A stretch of DNA of 64,000 bases from Candidatus Oxydemutatoraceae bacterium (GCA_965219575.1 OZ244779.1:492769-556768), one strand, 5' to 3'; shown: positions 49,328 through 59,915, numbered from the stretch's first letter. Numbers and translations are program-made. Notes: a model not told the origin generated them from the letters alone.

Positions 49328-50641
49328 TTAGGGTTGTAAGGGCGTGCGCAGCACATCGGGCGAGATATCGTTGCGTGCGCTTTGTCTTCGCTCCGCTCTT
49401 TCCAGAATACGGATGACCAAATCCGAGACAACTTTGCCGCGCGCTTCGGCTTCCATTAACAACTGATCGATCTCGGCTTCCAAACGTTTTATCGCTTGAC
49501 CCACTTCTTCGGAGATAAATCTCTTGTGCTTATAAAGGTTGGGTTCTTTAGAACCTATCAGCAATAACCGTCGGGCAAGCAGAGCCTCGTCCAAAACCTG
49601 TGCAGATGCGATTTCATTGGCAAGCCGTTCCGACAACCACTCCTGATCTAGGTCAACCTGCAAAGCTGCCACTATTTGCGGCAACATTTCCTGCGAGCTT
49701 GAACTTAAAAACTCCAGATCCTTCGGATCTATATCGTAGATTTTGTTCGCCGGTGTTTGTATTAACTGTTCCAGCTTTGCTTTGATCAACGGTTCGCGTT
49801 CGCTGACTTTGGCGTTGAGACCCAAACCCGGATAGCTTTGTGGTGCCGGCGCGCCGCGATAAATCCAAAAGCCGATATCGCCGACGATATCGGTAATCCA
49901 TTGCTTCAATTCGGTAACCACACGCCAGGTTCTGGTGTATTGATTTTCCGCCGCCGAGGTCTCGCAATCGGTGCGGGTCTCACCGTTGGCAATGCACCAA
50001 CCGGCGGCGATGGTGTGCCTCACCGGTCTAATTTGACGTTGCCCACGCCCGCCGTGTTTTTCGTCGCCGACCCAAGTAATGCCTTTATCCTTAGCCTCGG
50101 ACATCTCCTCCTGCACTTGCGCCGGCGTTTTATTTGCTTGTTGCCCTTGGTTCCATGCGTTTTCAACGGTCGCATTAAAGACATCTTGATACGGGTTGCG
50201 CCCTTGCGTTGCATCGGCAATCATCTGCTCGCAGCTTTTAACGGCAAGATTAAAACGATTTTCAAAACGCGCGGTATATTCTTGTGCCAATTCGCAAACA
50301 CCCGGCAACGCGCGACAAAACACCACGCCCGGCAACGACGAGATTACCGTTTTGGGTATGGACTCTACCGTGCTCATCGTTTCTTTAAGCCCGGTGAGTG
50401 CATAATCCACCGACAGTTTGGGATCGAATTTACTACACGCAAGCCGTGCATCCAGATTGAGTTCGGCACCCATATAAAGACTGCTTTCTCTAGGCGGTGC
50501 CGGCGGCGATCGGTTCGAGCTAAACTCTATGTAATCCTTGAGGTTGTCAATCAAGTTGCTCTGTGCGTTTAAGTCGGCGGTTGCAAACAGCAACGGCACA
50601 CAGACCCCGCAAACAAACTTCCTTAAAATACTCGCTTTCAT
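49328..50641 (-). CDS. TIGR03755-like ICE protein
   Basis: CSKFDP, SLPG...RA.PG, KSCEQM, GITWVG...GG.GQ and ALLARRLL..G..EP. Confidence 0.8.
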   Translation of the reverse strand: MKASILRKFVCGVCVPLLFATADLNAQSNLIDNLKDYIEFSSNRSPPAPPRESSLYMGAELNLDARLACSKFDPKLSVDYALTGLKETMSTVESIPKTVISSLPGVVFCRALPGVCELAQEYTARFENRFNLAVKSCEQMIADATQGRNPYQDVFNATVENAWNQGQQANKTPAQVQEEMSEAKDKGITWVGDEKHGGRGQRQIRPVRHTIAAGWCIANGETRTDCETSAAENQYTRTWRVVTELKQWITDIVGDIGFWIYRGAPAPQSYPGLGLNAKVSEREPLIKAKLEQLIQTPANKIYDIDPKDLEFLSSSSQEMLPQIVAALQVDLDQEWLSERLANEIASAQVLDEALLARRLLLIGSKEPNLYKHKRFISEEVGQAIKRLEAEIDQLLMEAEARGKVVSDLVIRILERAERRQSARNDISPDVLRTPLQP

Positions 50642-53433
50642 CGTATACCTCCGTTGGCACGTTTCTGTTTAATAGCCGCTGCGATTCGGTGAACCGCATC
50701 CAACTCGCTACAACGATGCTGCTTCATCAATTCGGCACGCACCGCTTTCTCGGATTTTTCGGTTTGTGCCAATGCCAACGACAAAGCAGGCACGACACTC
50801 CTAAACAAAGTCAGCAATATGTCGGAGACAACCACACCCTCGACATAGTCGCCCGACGCTTTTTTTGCTGACAATAGTAGCGACCTCTGGTCTTCGGATA
50901 AATGCTTAAAGCGAGCAACCTGCTCGACTTCACCTTGATCCATAGAGAGCGCAATCAACCATTCCGGTTGGTTCAACATTTCTCGGGCATTCTCCGGAAA
51001 TTGTGCCAATGTCTGCGTTGCCAACCATAGCCAAGCTCCGAAAGTCCGCCACATTGCCATAATGTTGTTGAGCGTCGGAGCAACCAACGGGTTCTTGAGC
51101 AATATGTGTGCTTCGTCTATTACGGTGAGTAGCTGTCGGTCTTCGTATTGACTACGCTCGGCAGTCTCGTTGATTTGGTTGAGCAAGCTCAAAATCGCAA
51201 CCGACAGCTGTGCTTGATAATCCTTTTTGGCAAAGCATCCCAACTCTATCACTGTAACATCGGCATCCGGCCACAAGCTGCCTTTGCGATTAAATATCTG
51301 ACCGGTCATGCCTTGACAAAACAGATCCATCGCATTGGCATACGCAATGAGTTTGTTCGCGGACGAAGCGTCCAGTAACATCTCACCTCCGCTTTGTTCA
51401 CCGCTTGCCAACGCGCGCATCGCAGCGACCACATCGGAGGTTCTGGTTTGCCGGTTTTGGCGTTGGGTGGTCTCGGCGGCGATGATGATTGCGCGTCTAA
51501 TCATGTTCATATCGGCGCGTCTCAGATCCGCCTCCTCGCGTGCATCGCCCCCGGTGATCATCAGCTTGGCGATGCTTTCCATTTCGGCTAAACGATCGCG
51601 CGACACATCGTCTGCATCGCCTCCGTCGGCACCGTCGTCGTCCACCGCAAGCAACAATTTGTGCGCATCCGCAAACGGCGGCAAGCTCACATCCATCTCG
51701 CCGATACGCACATAGTTGACGCGCACATCCAGACTTTTTAGATATTGCGCGAACAAACCGAAAGCCGGCAACGAAGTAATGACGAAAAGCCGTGGACGGT
51801 GTACCGCAATCAACTGTAGCAACATATAGATCAGGGTTGCCGTTTTGCCCGACCCGGTCGGTCCCAACATCAATAAGTGCGCGTTGCGCTTTCTATCGTC
51901 GGGGTTCAAAATATCAAAAGTGAGCGGTTGCGCACCTCTATTCCAAAACAAAAAGCCGGGGTTGCCGGTGCCGGTGCTACGCCCCCAAACCGGTGCGGTG
52001 CGTTGGATATGCTCGCTATACCAAAGTCGGCTACGGCGTATATAAGGTCTACGATCGTGGTTGCGGTCGTAAGAAAAAGGCAGGGCGCGTAAAAAACAAT
52101 CCTGCGCAATCAGGTCGTATTGCGGCGACACGACACGCAAGCCGTGCGCACTCAGAATAGATGTGGCTTGTATCGCGTTGGATTTCAATCGTTCCAGATC
52201 CTCGCCGCGCACGAAGACACCACCGTAGACCCTATAAAGTTTATGACCGGCTGCCATATATTCTTGTGCGCGGTGTGCCATCTCGTATTTGGCATTGGCT
52301 TCCGCCGAACCCCCTTTGGAGTTTTGCATCAGTTGTTGTATATGCTCGGAAATCTCCGTTTGAGAGCAGAACTGTATCGTCAAAGACAAGGTGGTGCCGG
52401 GCGGCATATTGTCCCACAGCACGCGCCGTTGCATCCCTACCTTTTGTTCGGCGGTCAACACGCCGATGGCAGGTTCGTCGACCAAGCCGTCAAAGCAAAC
52501 GAAGCGCGTCGCCTGCTTGCGAAAATACCAGTTGCCGTCGGCATCGCTACCCGGATAAACTCCCTGACACGCGCGTCTCACCAAATCACCCATGTCGTCG
52601 TCTAGTAAACCGAATCCGACTTGTGCCGTCTGCCACTGCGAAGGCTGAACATCGGCGGCGGATGTCGGAGCAAACCATTGCGTCAACCAACGACACAAAC
52701 CGGCCGGCGTATCGGCAACCAACTTGATGTTCGCCTGCGCCAGAGCATTTTTTAATTTCTCGGATACTTCCGCTATCGCATCGCCTTCTTTGTCGTTGCC
52801 ACCGTCGCGCCACAAACAAAGACGCACTCGGCGTATGCGGGCGCGCCATACACCCCCGGAAACCTGCCGGTCAAAGAACAAACCCTGCGGTTGACTCGCT
52901 TGCTCCAAATGCACACGCAACTGCTCCAGCCAACTCTGCGTAAAGCGATTTTCAGACAACCGTTTGCCGGCATAAGCCTTTAGCTGTTCGTGAACCGAAT
53001 CGAGCGAGGCTTCGTCTTCTAAGAAGAACTGCAGAAACCATAAATGCTTCTCGTTCTCCGGTATCACATTGGAAAATGCCGGCACCGCCTTATTGAATAA
53101 TGCCTTCACATAGGCATCCGATTGTCCTTCGACACCCGCCGGTATCAGCTCGAAAAATCGCCCCACATTGCTTAAGTTTCTCAGCAAAATATCGCAGCCG
53201 TTGAGGTCGGCACGCGGACCTAGATAATCCAAAAACCCCGGCGCCGAATAAAGACATCGGCTTTTCTGTCCGGGGTCGGCAACCTTCAGATAATCTCGCT
53301 GCTTGAGATGAGATTGCCCGCTACCGTCCCAGTAAAAATAAGGGGCTATATCTTTAGGAACATAAGCGGGCATCTCTTCCCTGTCGCCTCTATAAAGACC
53401 GAAATGCTTTTCCCACAAATTAAAAATAGACAT
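50638..53433 (-). CDS. Conjugative-transfer ATPase, VirB4/TraC-like (TIGR03744-type)
   Basis: WGRSTGTGNPG...NRG, NAHL...GPTGSGKT, DEAH and GAWLWLATQ. Confidence 0.93.
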   Translation of the reverse strand: MSIFNLWEKHFGLYRGDREEMPAYVPKDIAPYFYWDGSGQSHLKQRDYLKVADPGQKSRCLYSAPGFLDYLGPRADLNGCDILLRNLSNVGRFFELIPAGVEGQSDAYVKALFNKAVPAFSNVIPENEKHLWFLQFFLEDEASLDSVHEQLKAYAGKRLSENRFTQSWLEQLRVHLEQASQPQGLFFDRQVSGGVWRARIRRVRLCLWRDGGNDKEGDAIAEVSEKLKNALAQANIKLVADTPAGLCRWLTQWFAPTSAADVQPSQWQTAQVGFGLLDDDMGDLVRRACQGVYPGSDADGNWYFRKQATRFVCFDGLVDEPAIGVLTAEQKVGMQRRVLWDNMPPGTTLSLTIQFCSQTEISEHIQQLMQNSKGGSAEANAKYEMAHRAQEYMAAGHKLYRVYGGVFVRGEDLERLKSNAIQATSILSAHGLRVVSPQYDLIAQDCFLRALPFSYDRNHDRRPYIRRSRLWYSEHIQRTAPVWGRSTGTGNPGFLFWNRGAQPLTFDILNPDDRKRNAHLLMLGPTGSGKTATLIYMLLQLIAVHRPRLFVITSLPAFGLFAQYLKSLDVRVNYVRIGEMDVSLPPFADAHKLLLAVDDDGADGGDADDVSRDRLAEMESIAKLMITGGDAREEADLRRADMNMIRRAIIIAAETTQRQNRQTRTSDVVAAMRALASGEQSGGEMLLDASSANKLIAYANAMDLFCQGMTGQIFNRKGSLWPDADVTVIELGCFAKKDYQAQLSVAILSLLNQINETAERSQYEDRQLLTVIDEAHILLKNPLVAPTLNNIMAMWRTFGAWLWLATQTLAQFPENAREMLNQPEWLIALSMDQGEVEQVARFKHLSEDQRSLLLSAKKASGDYVEGVVVSDILLTLFRSVVPALSLALAQTEKSEKAVRAELMKQHRCSELDAVHRIAAAIKQKRANGGIR

Positions 53434-53816
53434 CAGAAATGCTCCGCAGGTAGTGCGTAATGATCTTTCTCGTACAAGCTGAAACCGGTTGCATAACCCG
53501 GCACCGGTGCGCCTTTGACGATATGCGGGAATACGAATAAAACGATCTTGGGGTTGGGCAACAGCGGGAAAAGCACTTCCAGTTCGTTGTTTGCGTCTCT
53601 GGTGTAAGCGGTTAAATCGGCAGAACCGTGGCGTAGCTTGCCGTCGATGCCGTCGGCACTCGCACTATGCGCCCTATATAATTCCAACATCGGGCGACGG
53701 TTGCCGTCGTGGCCCGGCAATTTGGAACCGCACCCTTCAGTCAAGGCGAGTGCCAGTATCATCACCAACCTCAAAAGCAAAGGTTGAAACATCGTATAGC
53801 TTTTTATTACTGTCAT
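53433..53816 (-). CDS. TIGR03751-like conjugal transfer lipoprotein
   Basis: Lipobox-like EGC; YTRDA.NE...LFP.LPNP...FVFPH...PVPGY.T.F.LY...YALP. Confidence 0.85.
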   Translation of the reverse strand: MTVIKSYTMFQPLLLRLVMILALALTEGCGSKLPGHDGNRRPMLELYRAHSASADGIDGKLRHGSADLTAYTRDANNELEVLFPLLPNPKIVLFVFPHIVKGAPVPGYATGFSLYEKDHYALPAEHF

Positions 53817-55083
53817 AAATAAACTCCAACGGTTGATCTACATTGATTACTACTTCCCGCTCGGGAGGCACATAAATCGCATCCCATACATCGTATCTGG
53901 ATGCCAAATAATTCCTGACATTGCCGGCCGACTTGGCAAAGCCTTCACCGATGAGCACCCGCACTTCTTCACCGGTAACACTCTCTATGGTGTTACCTTC
54001 GGGGCTGACCGTACGAGTACGCTGGTTGTCGGCATAACCTTCGCCTATGCCTTGCGCAATACCCAAAATCGCCTCGGCGGTTATTTGTTTTGCGGCGTTG
54101 CTAACGAGCTTGCCCTTAAGACAAGGATGACCGTAAGCGTCGCTCAAATACCCCAAACCTTTTTCGCTGTCGGAGGCTTCCACAAAACCGACTACCTTGC
54201 CCGGCAAAACCGCCGTGACCCGCGTCAAAACAACTCGCACACATTCAAAATTAGCGTCGCCGAATGCCCTGCCGTCCCAAATCATCTGCGCGGTATCGAC
54301 GGCATAACCGTTGGGTGCATAACCTTCCATCGTGCTGATAACTTTGATAGGCCAAGGTTCGTTCAACTGTCCGCGCACCGGCAGACGTCCTATCGCTGCG
54401 GTCAATGTAACACCTTGTATGATCGTGGCAGGCGGGATGGTGTGTGCCACCGCCTCGTCGTCGGCTGCCGCGACTGCCGATATCGCATCTATATCCAAAT
54501 ACTCGGACACACCACCGGCAAGATGTTCCGACCCATCGTCATCGGGTGTTATCACGCTTTGATCCTCTATCCACAACCAAGCAGGTTGCGCCGGAACACT
54601 CGACGGCGAATAATCGGGCACCTCCTCGTGGTACGGTGCGATCGGTTCATCCCCCGGTTTCGATATATCGAGTTGTCGGTTGCCGACACGCTCGGGTATA
54701 TTCGTTTGTTGTGCATCGGTTTGACGGGCGGTGCTGTTCTGCCGGTTCGCGAGTTTTTTAATCTCGCCGTGCAGTGTTTGCAACTCGCTATGAATTTGAC
54801 TCACCGTTCGGTTAATTTGTTCCTTAAAAGCCGATTGGTCTTCGCGTATTTCATTGATCCGAGAACCCACGGCTTTAACGGCTTCCGAAGGACTGTCGCT
54901 ATCCTGCGCCGGATAACCGGGCGATTGCGACGGCTCGGACGAAGTGGTTTGCGAGTCCGAAAAATTATCGTCTTGACCGTTTGCCAGCAACATCAGCAGT
55001 GCGACAATGCCGATGACCGCAATCAGAATATAAACTAAAGGATTGGTCTTCATCGTATCGTTAAAGTTCAGGTTCGAGCGCAT
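53737..55083 (-). CDS. TIGR03752-like (TraB/VirB10-type) protein
   Basis: N-terminal TM, coiled coil, TIP..T......TA.IGR.P, G.A.GD...CV, GYLSD.YG.PC..G and AIYVPP. Confidence 0.85.
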   Translation of the reverse strand: MRSNLNFNDTMKTNPLVYILIAVIGIVALLMLLANGQDDNFSDSQTTSSEPSQSPGYPAQDSDSPSEAVKAVGSRINEIREDQSAFKEQINRTVSQIHSELQTLHGEIKKLANRQNSTARQTDAQQTNIPERVGNRQLDISKPGDEPIAPYHEEVPDYSPSSVPAQPAWLWIEDQSVITPDDDGSEHLAGGVSEYLDIDAISAVAAADDEAVAHTIPPATIIQGVTLTAAIGRLPVRGQLNEPWPIKVISTMEGYAPNGYAVDTAQMIWDGRAFGDANFECVRVVLTRVTAVLPGKVVGFVEASDSEKGLGYLSDAYGHPCLKGKLVSNAAKQITAEAILGIAQGIGEGYADNQRTRTVSPEGNTIESVTGEEVRVLIGEGFAKSAGNVRNYLASRYDVWDAIYVPPEREVVINVDQPLEFIYDSNKKLYDVSTFAFEVGDDTGTRLD

Positions 55084-55912
55084 CGTTCGGTGTTCTATAC
55101 AACCAGCGCGATTCGGGAATGGAACGGCGCAACGGTTTATTGCCGATAACGACCAACGCAGTCACCGACTTCTCGGTATTCGCAGGTTCCAGTTTCGAAT
55201 GTGCGAGTGCTGCCGCTTTGAAGTTTCCGACGATTGCGCGAGGGTCTAAGGCAACGGTAGTTTGCAAGGTGTTTTTAAGTTCCAACAAAGTCGCATAGAG
55301 TTCGGTCGTGCGCCACGCCGCAATCGGTTTGGCAAACACTCCACCACCGCAAATAGGTTCGTTGACCCTCAAGCAACGCATAATGTCTATCAGGTCTTCG
55401 GGGTAATCGGTTGCGGTGATACACGGGTTGCCGGTTAATAACCGGCGCGGCGCATAAGCCCATTGCAACGCATAGCGGGCGAGTTCGACCATACCGATAT
55501 CGCAATTTGAATCGGCAACCGCAACTTGAGATATTGCGGTGTCCGTATCGCTACTTAACAAAATAGGTTCGCCCGGTGGATCGTCATAGCCGGCACCGAG
55601 TATCAGCACCATCTTGGTATCGGGCATCTCGGTGTCGGATATTTTGAAAATGACTTTCTGGTCTTCAAAACTTTGCTCGGCAAGCAACCAAACCTGTGAG
55701 CCTATCGTGGTTACCGATAATTTCTTATGCAACGACTTGGGTATGCCGACCTTGACCGACGCTGCCGATTTGAGCATAAAACGTCGCTCGCTCCCGACTC
55801 GCAGCTGCACTTGAATAGGCTCGTCTCTATAAACCAGTTGTAGTGTCTCATCGGCGTGCAGATAATTGTTTGCCAATAACAGTAGAAAGATAAAGAAGTT
55901 TTCGCGTATCAT
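55061..55912 (-). CDS. TIGR03749/DUF3438-like ICE protein
   Basis: PI.VQL.VG.ER, LARYA.Q..YAP.RL, P.AAW and LDPR...G.F; start ATG 55912 coupled to the upstream stop. Confidence 0.85.
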   Translation of the reverse strand: MIRENFFIFLLLLANNYLHADETLQLVYRDEPIQVQLRVGSERRFMLKSAASVKVGIPKSLHKKLSVTTIGSQVWLLAEQSFEDQKVIFKISDTEMPDTKMVLILGAGYDDPPGEPILLSSDTDTAISQVAVADSNCDIGMVELARYALQWAYAPRRLLTGNPCITATDYPEDLIDIMRCLRVNEPICGGGVFAKPIAAWRTTELYATLLELKNTLQTTVALDPRAIVGNFKAAALAHSKLEPANTEKSVTALVVIGNKPLRRSIPESRWLYRTPNDALEPEL

Positions 55913-56565
55913 TACTTGCCTCTTTCGCTCTGTTGTATCTGCTCGGCATTGCCGACAGGAATACGAATCGACGGCTTTGACGGCGCATCGAGCAGCAGAC
56001 CCCATGGGTTATACGCCGAGTTGATATCTTTGTAGACCACCGGAATATGCTCACGAATGGTGATGCCGTCTTTGATTTTGATGCCGTTCAAGCTCTCGTT
56101 CAATATCAAGTCCAACTGCACGAGCCATGCATTTCCGGCAGTCCGGCGGACCAAGCTGTGCTTGTAGACACTTGCCGGTTGCAAACTGCGCTTGCGTCCC
56201 TTGAGCTCTCCGCGCTTAGCCAAATCACTGTTTTTCTGCATTAAGAAACGGTAAAAATCATCGGTTATCAAATAACGAAGCCTTTGTATGTTGGCGGTGA
56301 AATCGTTACTGCCGTCTTCCAACCATAAATAAATTTGCTGATAAACCGAACCGGCGAATAAATAAATCTCGTGTGCTTCTATCGTGCCGGTGGTGAGCTT
56401 GGAACCAAAACGCAACTCGGGGGGTAGCGATAAACGATGCTCTCTCGCAACCCAAAACACTGCAGCGAGTAGGAGCAGACAAACGGCGAACAAACCCGCA
56501 CCGATCAGCCTCAAGGTTTTAATGTGTGCAACCAAATTGGCTTCTGCCGAATGATAACGATTCAT
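55912..56565 (-). CDS. TIGR03746/DUF2895-like ICE protein
   Basis: HI.TLR, PP.LR.GS, FA...YQQ...W..DG, GEL.GR.R and NPWGL.LD. Confidence 0.85.
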   Translation of the reverse strand: MNRYHSAEANLVAHIKTLRLIGAGLFAVCLLLLAAVFWVAREHRLSLPPELRFGSKLTTGTIEAHEIYLFAGSVYQQIYLWLEDGSNDFTANIQRLRYLITDDFYRFLMQKNSDLAKRGELKGRKRSLQPASVYKHSLVRRTAGNAWLVQLDLILNESLNGIKIKDGITIREHIPVVYKDINSAYNPWGLLLDAPSKPSIRIPVGNAEQIQQSERGK

Positions 56566-56569
56566 TTGT

Positions 56570-56899
56570 CTAAGATCCGGTGGCTTTGAAATTGCCGATA
56601 TGCCGACATTGGTGAAAATAGCCGGTCCAATAAAAGCGATCCGCCAAGTATTGCAAGTGCCAATGTCTAGGACGGCTACGCTTGAGACGGCTGTAGCAAA
56701 CGGCAACCAACCACACCGTGAAAGGTGTCATCACCATGAACACGATAAGCCCTATAAATATATTCCAAAATACGAAGCTCAGCAGAGCCGATAGCAACAG
56801 CCAAACGATGACGGCAACTACGATCACAAAGCTCAGTTCGGAACCGGTGCAACCTTTTAACATCAACGGTTCGTCGTCTAAAAAATCGGCAGGCTTCAT
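56570..56899 (-). CDS. TIGR03750/DUF3487-like membrane protein
   Basis: L..EP...KG.T..EL, two TM helices, RLKR.RP. Confidence 0.8.
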   Translation of the reverse strand: MKPADFLDDEPLMLKGCTGSELSFVIVVAVIVWLLLSALLSFVFWNIFIGLIVFMVMTPFTVWLVAVCYSRLKRSRPRHWHLQYLADRFYWTGYFHQCRHIGNFKATGS

Positions 56900-56925
56900 A
56901 TCGATCTCCACGCTAAATCCACGCT

Positions 56926-57279
56926 TTATATTTCGTTGACATACTGAACAATCTGCACCGTGCCGAAGATAATCAGCACCAGAACCAAAATCGTTGCAAT
57001 AACCGTGACCGCGAAATGCCCCCACTCGCCCTGTTCGCGTCCTTTTTTCAGCGCATTCAATAATCCGCCGCTCGCACCCAGCACCGCAATAATCAGCATA
57101 GCTACCGCAGCCACCGTGAAAATGGCTATCAGCGCATTTCTGAAATACTCCCAGAAATCACCGCCACTACCGCCGCCGAAACTCGGCGGTGTCGGCAGTT
57201 GCGCTTGCGCCACCGACCACAGCGACAACAGCACAATCGTGCCGAGCGTGGTTCGAAGTAATAATTTAATCTGTGACAT
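56926..57279 (-). CDS. TIGR03745/DUF2976-like pilin-type membrane protein
   Basis: Signal, A.AQLP..P..GGG, two TM helices with G.W..F. Confidence 0.75.
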   Translation of the reverse strand: MSQIKLLLRTTLGTIVLLSLWSVAQAQLPTPPSFGGGSGGDFWEYFRNALIAIFTVAAVAMLIIAVLGASGGLLNALKKGREQGEWGHFAVTVIATILVLVLIIFGTVQIVQYVNEI

Positions 57280-57287
57280 AAAAACAC

Positions 57288-57545
57288 CTATAGTCGGGTT
57301 GAAACCAAATAATGAACAAAAGCCATAACCAAAATGATCAGGGTCAGCGCACGCAACACCCCGAACAAAAAACTCGCCTCGGACAACACGCCGTTTTGTA
57401 ATCCTCTGCGCAACCTCATCAACCTAGCAACGAACCCTATAAAAATTAAAATGCTCAACACCGTAGAGAACAACAACTCCAAGTCGCCCATCGAAATGCC
57501 ACTGGCGGATAAAAAAGCGTCGCCGTTATAATTGCTATTCAACAT
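57288..57545 (-). CDS. TIGR03758/DUF3262-like small membrane protein
   Basis: AF..ASG start, two TM helices, expected position in the operon. Confidence 0.7.
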   Translation of the reverse strand: MLNSNYNGDAFLSASGISMGDLELLFSTVLSILIFIGFVARLMRLRRGLQNGVLSEASFLFGVLRALTLIILVMAFVHYLVSTRL

Positions 57546-58050
57546 CGGAGTAACGAGCCTTTAATCGAGTCGGTGGCAGTGCCTGAAAGCCGCGCGGCGT
57601 ATAATCGTCTGCTGCAAGGTAGCGTTTGATCGCAAAGATGACGGTATCGATGTCTACTTCAAAAGCGTCATAGTTGAATACCTTGCGTTGCTGCGGTTGC
57701 ACCTGTCGTTCGGCATTCGCTGCCAGCATTTTGGATTGCTCCAACAGCTGCACGATGTTTTTTAGATAGCTTTCCTCTTCGGTATAATCCGCTTGCAAAA
57801 CGCGATCGGACTGCAACTGCATCACCGCCTGTTGCGGCACCAGCGGTTGCCGAAAAAAATCTTGTTCTGCGTTCGTGCTCATGTTCATATTCATCGGTCT
57901 ATCTTGTTCGAAGGACATGCCGTGGTGCGCGTGGCAACCGACGATCGTTATCGGTGTTAGTAGCATCGCCGGCAACACGATGTGCGTGCGAATAGTCGCC
58001 GTTATTCTCTTTGCAAGGTCTCTTGGGTGAAACCACGGTGCGCAACGCAT
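57535..58050 (-). CDS. RAQPRD-family-like ICE protein
   Basis: E...L.....L......A..A, FNY.....DI......I..YL.....PR; start uncertain. Confidence 0.7.
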   Translation of the reverse strand: MRCAPWFHPRDLAKRITATIRTHIVLPAMLLTPITIVGCHAHHGMSFEQDRPMNMNMSTNAEQDFFRQPLVPQQAVMQLQSDRVLQADYTEEESYLKNIVQLLEQSKMLAANAERQVQPQQRKVFNYDAFEVDIDTVIFAIKRYLAADDYTPRGFQALPPTRLKARYSDVE

Positions 58051-58131
58051 AAAAACGATTCCTATTTCTAAAGCCCAAGCCGGAACGCACTATCAACATC
58101 CGCCGATAAAATAACGGAGCGCAATGCCGTC

Positions 58132-58722
58132 TCATCGTGCTACCACCGGTGCATCCCATATATAAACCTTTCGGCTCATGGTCTTATGACCACATCGGGT
58201 TTGAAGATTCACCATCGGCACCCACTCGTGCCAGCAACTCGCAAAGCTCTCTCCCATCAACAAACCGCTTAAGGTCAGTTCGTAATAGCTATCTTTATAA
58301 CCGGTACACGATTTAGCCCCTTGGGGAATCACACACATTATCGAAGTGCGACCCCCGAATTGCTTATCATCCGCAAAGCACAACGTTTTGAACTTTGAGT
58401 GACCCATTGCAGTGCAAGTCGCCCTCGGGGTGTATTTTTGGATAGCCAGATTGCCGGAACGCTCTACAACCGTATACAATAAATCCTCTTTATATCCGCT
58501 GTAAGCACCGCTGTTATCTACCGTGACTTTCATCCCTTTGAAAGTTTGTTTCATATTTCCTTTCGTTAAGACGACCACGGATTTTTCCGATTCTATCGCT
58601 TTGAAATCACTCTCTTGCATCTTCGGCAGGTCGGTAGAATCCCGTATCGATTGCGCCTCTATCGGTACCGTCATCAAAAAAGCACATAAAGCAACGATGT
58701 ATAGATTTAATTTTGAAAACAT
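58132..58722 (-). CDS. Hypothetical exported Cys-containing protein
   Basis: Signal peptide, GAGG RBS, six Cys in the mature part; no family recognised. Confidence 0.6.
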   Translation of the reverse strand: MFSKLNLYIVALCAFLMTVPIEAQSIRDSTDLPKMQESDFKAIESEKSVVVLTKGNMKQTFKGMKVTVDNSGAYSGYKEDLLYTVVERSGNLAIQKYTPRATCTAMGHSKFKTLCFADDKQFGGRTSIMCVIPQGAKSCTGYKDSYYELTLSGLLMGESFASCWHEWVPMVNLQTRCGHKTMSRKVYIWDAPVVAR

Positions 58723-58748
58723 AATAGCCTCCTCTAAGTTATGCCGAG

Positions 58749-59135
58749 CTAGCCCGGGGTTGATAAACGAGACACTTCCTGTAAATAAAGCGTCTCAAAA
58801 TTTCTGGTGTCGTCTATCAGCCGTGAACGGATACGCGCCGCAGCACGCGCGTATCGCCGCCGTTCGGCTTCGTCCTCGGATAGAATCCCTAATATTTCGT
58901 GTGGCGACAGTCTATCGGTGTCCATATAACCCTTGTATATCTCTCGCTTGAGCAGAAACTCGCGCATCTCGGACTCTTGCAAGCCCAGATGATGCATTTG
59001 ATTTTTCTGCAAAGGGCTCAATTCCAAACTGCGGAAATTGACGGTGCTGTATGATGCACCGAACATAAAGAGCAACATGCCCACAACGGATAGCCCGACG
59101 GTTAAATAGAGTTTGGTGTGGTGCTTTATTTTCAT
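58749..59135 (-). CDS. Short TIGR03759-like ICE protein (N-terminal part only)
   Basis: GL...E, LSP.EILGI.....ERRRYA and E..Y pattern; only 128 aa. Confidence 0.6.
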   Translation of the reverse strand: MKIKHHTKLYLTVGLSVVGMLLFMFGASYSTVNFRSLELSPLQKNQMHHLGLQESEMREFLLKREIYKGYMDTDRLSPHEILGILSEDEAERRRYARAAARIRSRLIDDTRNFETLYLQEVSRLSTPG

Positions 59136-59905
59136 TGCCCGTGAACCTCCTTATAAACGATTGCGTCGGCATAAAGCGTGTAGAGCCTATCGGTGGCAGG
59201 TTCGTATAAGGTCAGCGATTGCTCGGCAACCGATATGTCTTCAACTTTTAGACCGGCGAAAAAATTACCGACCGACAAACCGGTTTTTCTATTGCCCAAA
59301 GACACGATTGCCACCGCGCCGTCGTCCCAAATAGAAACGCTTAATAACTTCAACCCGACAACCGGCAACTCGTCCCGAGAGTCTTGACGCTGATCTACTT
59401 GCATTTTTTGCATGACGGTTTCGATCTGCTTCAAGGAGTCATCGAAAGTGTCGTCGGCACTTGCCAACGCCGCAACCCGGCCCGTTAAGGACTGCACCTG
59501 CGAATATAAACCCTGCAATGTTTCTGCATTGAGTGCTTTGTCGTGCGATAACTCCGACCGCATTTGTGATACCGATTGTTCGATCGAACTCAAACGCTCG
59601 TCTGCGGCATCCAAACGGCTGCCGAAATCGGAAATACTCACCGTGTTATCGGTCTCTATGTCGGCACTGCTGTCGAAGCCGTCGTACGGATAAACCGTCG
59701 GTGTGTCGTTCATAGCCTCAAACCCGATATCGGTGTTGCCGTCGGTAGACGGTCGTATCTCCGATTGAAAGCCGATAAAAATAGCAACGGTTGCAACTAC
59801 GAAAATAACGAGTGCGCCGCCTAAAGCGATCTTGGCTTTCGAGATAGACCCTGCACGAGGTGTTATGACTCCCATACTCATTTCCACTATCCCACTCGCA
59901 TACAA
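59132..59905 (-). CDS. Membrane-anchored coiled-coil protein of the T4SS operon
   Basis: TM, acidic linker, coiled coil, then beta domain L.L.SV..W.....A. Confidence 0.6.
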   Translation of the reverse strand: MYASGIVEMSMGVITPRAGSISKAKIALGGALVIFVVATVAIFIGFQSEIRPSTDGNTDIGFEAMNDTPTVYPYDGFDSSADIETDNTVSISDFGSRLDAADERLSSIEQSVSQMRSELSHDKALNAETLQGLYSQVQSLTGRVAALASADDTFDDSLKQIETVMQKMQVDQRQDSRDELPVVGLKLLSVSIWDDGAVAIVSLGNRKTGLSVGNFFAGLKVEDISVAEQSLTLYEPATDRLYTLYADAIVYKEVHGQ

Positions 59906-59915
59906 CCGGTCTGCT

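Noticed and set aside
53833-55038. 401-aa plus-strand ORF
   Set aside because: Antisense shadow of the TIGR03752-like gene with no recognisable motifs; the same applies to 49838-50572 and the other short antisense ORFs
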